NCBI GenBank assembly: GCA_001655205.1
Contig: LPNZ01007498.1
Location: 1-41,345, forward strand
Source of the DNA: Lenisia limosa
Taxonomy: Eukaryota > Protista > Breviatea
Direction: 5' to 3'
DNA length: 41,345 nucleotides
The position numbers and the translations under genes are program-made. The notes under the pieces were generated by a model. It was not told the origin of the DNA and searched no databases. It saw nothing but the letters and a program-made list of their open reading frames with translations. This document shows positions 34,296 to 41,345 of this stretch, piece after piece (the stretch's first letter is position 1; the number at the start of each line of letters is the position of its first letter).

Positions 34296-36351
34296 ATGGA
34301 GACCGTTCTCGACAACCTTCAGTTTGACTGTGGTCTTACACGTATGATTATTATTGCTGTGTACTATTGTTTACATTTATTCAGTTGATGCCCGTCAAGA
34401 GGCCTCTAAGAAAGCTTCTGATGTTTGTTGAGAGGCCATATTACTTTTTAAGTTGAATAACAGATTGAATTTTACTATATATAGGTTCTTAAGGAGCTCC
34501 GAAGCTCTTTTACTCAAGATCACCCTTCTTACAGAATTGTTGAGTATCATGTGAGCTCCTTTGTCTTGATTTTATTGGTAATTAATGATATAATGGTCCG
34601 CCAAGGGGTCCTTAGTTGATGGTATCAGAAGTCACGCTTCCTCCATTTTATATGTTCTCAGGTTGGTGGCTCTCAGTCACGCCGCAGTATGTCTCGTACC
34701 CACAACTCTTCTGACATTGTTCTCCTTATGAAGACTCCCCTTTCAACTCAGAACTGTGGTAAGTAGGGGTTGCAGAGGGCAAACCAGTCACACCTCTTTT
34801 TCAGTGTCAGGGCTAACACTTGCAGTTTCTATTCTCAACGACTGGAAGGACCACAGATGTGCCGATATTATCGGAATGTACAAAAGTATTGTCGAGAAAA
34901 TGGATAATGTAGAAATCCTTGATGATCAAAACAGAGAACTGAAGGTTAGAGAGAGGGTATTATCGTGATCTTTTTCTGACCTCCTCACTGTTTTACCCCT
35001 TAGTTCACCATTGGCGGACATATGATTTCTCTTATGCCAGTTCCCTACCTTGTAGCATTCCAGGAACCAAGCAACGAACATCTCTGCGAATGTGAGGGAT
35101 GATTTGTATTTTATTATGTTCAACATGACAGTGAAATCCCATTACCGTTCTAGTGGACCTCTTCATCCAACGCATGAACATTCTTGCCAAGCGTCTTGAC
35201 AAGGATACGATGTATCTTGCTGAACGCGCTTTTTCTATTATGACCGATAGAGTGAGTGGCAAAGTTACGTTTCAAAGTCACTTCTATCACCACCCCTTGT
35301 GTTTATTTAAATTAGCTTCTCCTCCGCCTTAACATGGACGTGATCGTGCAAAGAGTGTCAAGAATCGTCCATACATGGGCTGTGAAGCAGAGTGGGTAAC
35401 TTCGGGAACATAAACCTGGATTGTGCAAAAAAGTATAAGCAGGAATTGATTGACATAGAGCATGAACTGACGGACTACCATCTTGAACTTCTTGTTGCTA
35501 TGGAAACCAAGAAGCTGTTCCTTCGCCAAGGCTATGAATCACGAATTAACAAGTTTGTGGATGGTTCTTGTGGATTCATATATCGGGGACGTTGTTTTTC
35601 TAATGCATTAGTGAGGGGAAGAAGCCGATCAAGCTTGGTGATGTTTTGGTTGCAGTAATGGACGTTCTCTCTGGTGGCAAAATCGACATCCGTTGGAAGT
35701 ACCTTGATCTTAACAGACCATATGGTATGCCCTTAGGTCTATACAGCACCATCATTTACCCATCAGGCCAGGCCATGCTTGGAGATCTTTGCCGCATTAT
35801 TGATTCCAATATTTTCCGCTTTGACCCCTTCAACGCGGCGATCTCTCATGAGTATGTCCTTGTCCATCACTTACGAGTCTCTCATCAAACTTGACATATT
35901 ACCTAGGGCGTTTGCTGAGACACCTGAGGAGTTCAAGGCTGCTGCAGCCGGCCTTGCCAAGGCCATCCGTGATGAGAACAAGGAGGCCATTGAAGAGGTC
36001 TTCGGCCCCATCCAAGGCAGACCTGCTGAGTGCGAGAGGCTAAATTTGTCTATTTCCATTGCCAAATAAACGATTGGTTTTTGACCATTTTCAGCGCACC
36101 TGAGAAGCAGCGTGCCCCCAGACAACAGAGACAACGTCAGTCCAACAACAGCAATGAAGGCGGACAACGTTCTCGCCCCCAGGTTTGTATCACCACATCA
36201 AAAGACCAATTTAACAGCGATCCGGGAACACTTTTCACTCTGTAGACTACAATTGCAGATCATGAGATCAAGTACGAAACTAAGAGCAAGCGCAAGGGAA
36301 ACAAGAAGAAGACCACCCAGGAATAATTTAAGAGCGGCACATTATGGTTAA
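34296..36351 (+). CDS. OAS/DZF-like nucleotidyltransferase-fold protein, predicted catalytically degenerate
   Basis: Spliced: ...RIVEYH|VGGSQSRRSMSRTHNSSDIVLLMK...RELK|FTIGGHMISLMP...AFSIMTDR|LLLRLNMDVIVQRVSRIVHTWAVKQ...TDYHLELLVAME...VMDVLSGGKIDIRWKY...IIDSNIFRFDPFN. These blocks parallel OAS (GGS-GKGT...SDADLVVFL; FDVLP; KSLIRLVKHW; YALELL; LCIYW; ILDP). The stop is at 36326 or 36351 depending on the last acceptor. Confidence 0.65.
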
Positions 36352-36426
36352 GGTGTTTATGCATGATTAGAGCGAATCAATCAATCACCTTTCAATTTTG
36401 ACCCAACATTCTTTATTACACAATAA

Positions 36427-38661
36427 TTACAGTTTAAGGGTACAGGAAATTGGACAGTGATCACTGCCCATTACATCCCCATGAATTAGGCTCTCAGTAA
36501 CCTTCTTGTCGAAGCGGTTGGAGACAATGAAGTAGTCCAAACGCCAACCTACAAAGTCAGTTGATAGTATGGAAAATGAAAAGGGAGTACGAAATGAACA
36601 GCATCGACTTGGAATCCATGTAGCATTGGGGAAATGACATGGGATTCCCATATCAATAATGGAAATCCCAACTTATCCATAAGAACCACAAGTCAGCCTG
36701 TATCACATTCTATCATATGATAATGATATCCGATATGTATATTAGTAGTTTTATACATGACATATAGAGAGATGAGAAATAAAACAAGAGTATCTGGCAG
36801 AAGCCGTCCTTAGTGTATATCATGTAGAAATGAGAAACAATAAGAGTATCAGGCCGAAGCCTTTGTGTATAGCTATACTATGTCGAGATGGGGTTAAGAG
36901 CCACTCAATCTTTCTACGTGCCAATAACATGGGATTAAACTTAAATTTGAAAATGCACGATATAGTAGTATATTAATGAAATGAGAAATAAAAACACAAT
37001 ATTTAATATCTCTAATAAGCGTGATATTGTGGACGCCCAAGATTAGCGTGCAGAGGAGCTGCATTGGTACCACCCATATCACATTTCATTGCTTACCAAC
37101 ATTCTTGGCCCTCGCTCCACCGATGTAACTCCAGAAAGAGTATTTCTAAGTACAAATTAAAGACTACCAACGTTAACTTATATACTTGATGGAGGTGTCA
37201 AACCTTTGCATCTTCACCATTGCGTTTGCGCCAAGTATCAATAAAGCCTTCGGAGAGGAACTACAACAGTCAATTCAACCCACCACACCAACCTTCGTCA
37301 AACAGGCTCTTTCCTCTTTCGTGTATCCTGCGTTCTTTGCCTGGTTGCAGTTAATAATGTATAGTTGAATGTTATTCAAAAATATGAGTATGGTGACTTT
37401 TACGGTACAATATCATTATAAACCAACATTGGACTTTGGATTGGCAAGGTCATTGGGGCCATGGGCAACATTGGTATCTCCAGTCCAGATTACTGGTTTT
37501 TTCTTGTCTAGATTTTTCGCATTTTCCAGGAAGTCAGCTTCCCATTCTTGCCTGTAGTCTAATCTAAATGGAAAAGTAAGGTGAACGGCAAGATTTGATT
37601 TTTTGGGAGTAAAAAGGGTATTTTAAGGATAAATCAACCTGGCTACATTGAAAACAACACACCTCACAAGACCTCGACCGGAGTTTGGAATGTAGGTTGC
37701 AATTAAATAGAACTCTGGGAATTCAAGAGTGATCATTCGCCCTTCGTTGTCATGCTTATCCTTCCCTTGGGTATCAATAATTGGAAAAGGCCAACAGAAC
37801 TGACTATCTCAAAAGACATACCTAAGCCATATGTCACTGAAACTGGTTTGATTTTGCTTGCAATCAAAGTCCCAGCGTAGCTAATGAATAAATAAAGATC
37901 AAAATACAATTGATAATTTGTTTTTTCAAGCCTACCCTGCCTTTTCAGCAGCTGATGAATATATGTAGTAGCCAGGAAGAGATTTAATCATAAGTGCAAT
38001 ATCTGAAGACTTTGTCTCTACGCAGTGAATATGGTTGAGAAAGGGCCCATTTTTTTCCAAGTAAACGTCTTCCAACCTTGAAGGCAAACAATAGGGGGTG
38101 AGTCAAACTTATTAAGAAAAGCCTCGAGGGTGCCTTTCGAAGAGACGGCTTTGAAGCCAGCGATGTTCCAGGAGAATATCTTCAGATCTTTAGGGCTACA
38201 TAAGTAAGTTTTGCGTGTAATTCGCATTCTCACCCATAAATCACTCACCAGTCAACCATGTTATCTTTTTTGCCTCCTTGTTGATTGATACTGTTTCCGG
38301 TCTTATTGGTGACAGTTGTTGTGGTATTGCCAGCTCCTGAGAAAATAGGGGCAATTCTATTGCTATTAGAAATTATTAGCAACAAGATTCAATTTACTTG
38401 AACTCATATGGGATAATTTGCACCATTGCCTACTTTGTTGCCTTTGTTGAATTCGTGGCTTTAGCTAAAGGAATTATGGAAGCTACCAAAAGGACATCCG
38501 TTGCCATTTCTCCAATTCTAATCTCATCCATTCATTGCAACATACCATCCTTTTTGACTGCTGTGGCGGGCTTTGCAGCCTTTTTTGGTGTTGAATTTGT
38601 GCTTTTCTGAATACAATGAGGGGAAGATGTTAGAGAGGGCTCCAACCTTCTTGGCAACCAT
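36427..38661 (-). CDS. APEX1: AP endonuclease, APE1/exonuclease III family
   Basis: Lys-rich N-terminus (MVAKK|[13 protein letters not shown]...), [30 protein letters not shown]...[30 protein letters not shown]|[16 protein letters not shown]. Confidence 0.95.
36768..37035. repeat. Cluster of three partial copies of the interspersed repeat in the 548-nt last intron of APE1
   Basis: gagatgagaaataaaacaagagtatctggcagaagccgtcc (36768-36809); aaatgagaaacaataagagtatcaggccgaagcct (36828-36862); a head aaatgagaaataaaaacac (from 36978) followed by an inverted tail tatctctaataagcgtgatattgtggacg (37007-37035). Confidence 0.8.
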
Positions 38662-38968
38662 TTTGCAAGGATGTCTTCTAGCTGACTGTAGCTCGGGGGC
38701 AAGCAGGGAGGAGCTCAGAGGAGCTGCAATGCCTAGGCAAGTAGCATAGCCCATGCCCACCCCCATGTAAAAATAAGTAAATGAAAAAAAATTTGAGAAA
38801 AGAAGAAAGAATAATATTTGAATAGAGTTGTTTTTTAGAGCAGGAGGATGTTGAGAGGATGGATATGGTTGTCCAAGACACCATAAGTTGTTAAGTTGTT
38901 ATTCTTTGAGAGCTGTTATCGTGCAGTAGCCCTTCTTACTGGTGTATCCTATAACTAATTGTCACGAA

Positions 38969-41345
38969 ATGACGCCCAAAAAGGCCGCTGATCAGTTTGT
39001 TTCCCCAAATTCTCTTGTTTCTCACTGTTGTAGGAACCAGATTAGCACGGTGCTGAAAAGAAAGAAAGAAGTGCAAAAACTGCTCCAAAACAGCGAAGAT
39101 GAGATCGGTTGGCGGGAAGTATCATTGTTTTGGTTGCCTTTATTGTATTTATCGCACCCTTTCCTTCTTCCCGATGCTTCTTGGTTTGATGTTTTGAAAA
39201 ACTGCTGATCTCGCCTAGCCTCCAACAAGAAGCTTATTGCCATCTCCGATCCCTCGCTGATCGTCAGCCAGCTTCAAGAGATCAGTAATGCTGTCTTCGA
39301 GGAGTTCAAGAAGGAGATGGAGCAGGTTGGCGGCTTCGAAAAGGTACCTGGAAACAACCGAAGGAGAAAGTCGCATCTTCAAGAGATCAGGACGAAGACC
39401 TTCTCCGGAAGTGCTCTTGCGAACATCAAAGCTCGGCCGATGCCTTACTTTACCCGTCCTTCCGACAAGCTGAGGAATAAGACAGGAATCTCCACACATT
39501 TTAAACCTGCTGATGAGCCACAAAAGCTTCTTAACATCTACAACAAATCCGTTGAGAAGAAGGTTGCAGCTAAATCAGAAGCTGCTAAACCTACTGGCAA
39601 AACAAGATCAACTCGAAGCCGACCCAGCCCGGCTAAGTCACCATCGCCCTCTACCAATGGAACAAAACAGCTAAATCTCGTGCTTAATAAGCCGTTTGAA
39701 ACCAAGATCACGCTTAATCCGAGTTCTTCCGCCTCTCCCACACCAGGCCCTGAAATGTCCCCATCACCCCCTTCGCTTCCCCAGGTTTGGTTTGATATGA
39801 TATAGTATACTAATAATATTATATCATATATGATATCATATTATATATATATATATATACTACATGTATTTATGGATATCACTATATCATTATTTTTTTT
39901 TATATCATTTTTATATGAGATGATATACACTGACTGTGGTAAGCTTGACTGAAGGAAATCGAACCATGGTTACAACATACATGTATTCATTATCTCTATC
40001 AATGACCATATTTACAACCCCACAACAATGTTATTTTTTTTCACATTTTGAAACACATCGGTCCTTTTTCGGAGTGGGGTTGAAGTTTTAAAAAAATATG
40101 ATATCATATATATATTCAATATACATATAGTATACTATATATATATACTATATCAGAAAAAAGGCCAATGATAGCCCAATTTGGGATTCACCCAGATGTC
40201 TTTTTTTGATTCTGTGTTCAACTTTTGTTGCATATAATAGTGTTTTTTTTTATTATTATTATTTAATTTAATTTTTATTCCACAAGTCAAATTTCCATCG
40301 TTTTACTACATTTGGGTGATCAAGCAGCAGGAATCTTTAAAGGCTGGTTTGTTATTTATTTGTGTTTTTGTTTTTGTTATATGTATTGACTGTTTGGTTG
40401 AGGGCTTATGTTTGTGAGTTCTATTTTATTATTGTTATTATTATTTATCTTATTATTTTGGACCCCAAACGATATTTTGTTGGGAAATTCAGTATTATTC
40501 AGTGATGAAGCTTATTTTGCATTTTTTCAAAAAAAAAAACATTTCCACAGGCAGGTCTGCAACCCCGTTTTTCTCCTTTATTCAAAATACACCCTTGGAT
40601 TAATTTCCCCTTTCAAAGTATTGGTATGAGCTAGTATTCAATCCCGGATTTTTTTTTTTTTCTTACCCCCAAGGCCACCCTACCGAAAACTGCCCTCCCC
40701 AAGGCCAGCCACGTGTCAACATCTGATACGCTCACCCTGAAATTTCCGGCGGAAGAAACCGTGCGCAAGCGCAGGACGACAAAATCAAAAACCTCTGCTA
40801 AAACGCCCCCTGTCACGGTTTCTTCCAAGACCCCTCCCAGCCATGTCTCGTCTAAAACACCTCCACCATCCGTGTCGGCAAAAGTTCCTCCGGCAAGTGT
40901 GAGAAAAGAACCAACGCCGGTTAAGCCCAAAGAAGCGGTCAATTTCCATCCCATCAAAATGAACTCAACTTTTGCTCCATTACCACAGGTTGGTTTTCTT
41001 ATTATTGCAGGGGGTATTAGAATTATGCAATTTCAGTTTGAATCACATGATTCCCAAAAACGATGTTATCTTACTTTTTTTCAAAAAATGAATCATTTAC
41101 TGCACCTCAGATACACTCTTGATAGATGTCAATTTTTCCTGCACCCTCGATAAATAATATGGTCTTTAAACAAACAAATTATAACATCAGGGGCCAACTG
41201 TCAAGCAGACCCAGCCGCCAATCTCAGCATTCCTCCAGACAATATCCCCATCCCCTGCACGCTCCCCTTCTCAGCCCTCCCCGTCCTTGAAACTCACATT
41301 GAAAGATCACATAGATCTCCCTTCATCACCTCCACCACCGTCCCC
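38969..41345 (+). CDS. Hypothetical Lys/Pro/Ser/Thr-rich protein, truncated by the window end
   Basis: MTPKKAADQ|NQISTVLKRKKEVQKLLQNSEDEIGWRE|, then the long exon 39220-39785 (ORF 39317-39805), exon about 40670-40988 (KTPP repeats) and a further exon from about 41200. No family recognised. Confidence 0.6.

Noticed and set aside
1-41345. Non-standard genetic code or stop-codon reassignment
   Set aside because: Apparent in-frame stops resolved once short introns were placed, apart from the frame switch at 6710-6830 and a few unresolved exons in orphan genes. TAA (APE1), TAG (SMAP gene) and TGA (AKTIP-like) all serve as terminators.
1-41345. Prokaryote-type systems (operon, CRISPR array, IS elements), rRNA and tRNA genes
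   Set aside because: The genes are spliceosomal-intron-rich. I saw no regularly spaced repeat-spacer array, no transposase ORF and no cloverleaf or rRNA-like segment by eye. tRNAscan/Infernal were not run.

Overview
This 41.3 kb window is eukaryotic nuclear DNA from a gene-dense, intron-rich genome, probably a flagellated microbial eukaryote. That is an inference from an OFCC1 orthologue and an extra tubulin; the species cannot be named from the sequence. Most introns are GT-AG and about 40-70 nt, many with a CTAAC branch site; a minority are expanded to 150-900 nt. Because of this, the supplied ORF track is mostly exon fragments. I assembled about 13 multi-exon genes by hand: a highly divergent tubulin, a MYND-finger protein, an AKTIP/FTS-like inactive E2, a golgin-like coiled-coil protein, a Lys-rich SMAP-domain protein, an abhydro_lipase-type lipase, OFCC1, an RGG/RWD/CHY-zinc-finger protein, a PGA1-like type I membrane protein, an OAS/DZF-like nucleotidyltransferase-fold protein, an APE1/ExoIII AP endonuclease and several orphans. 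There are six N gaps. The three most interesting signals are (1) the OAS-like protein, whose catalytic aspartates are partly replaced, (2) a tubulin fitting no standard class, and (3) a ~65-nt interspersed element found mainly in expanded introns, with the same orientation relative to the host transcript and a GGC-UUCG-GCC hairpin. All family calls come from motif recognition by eye, with no database search. Exon boundaries and several gene ends are approximate.
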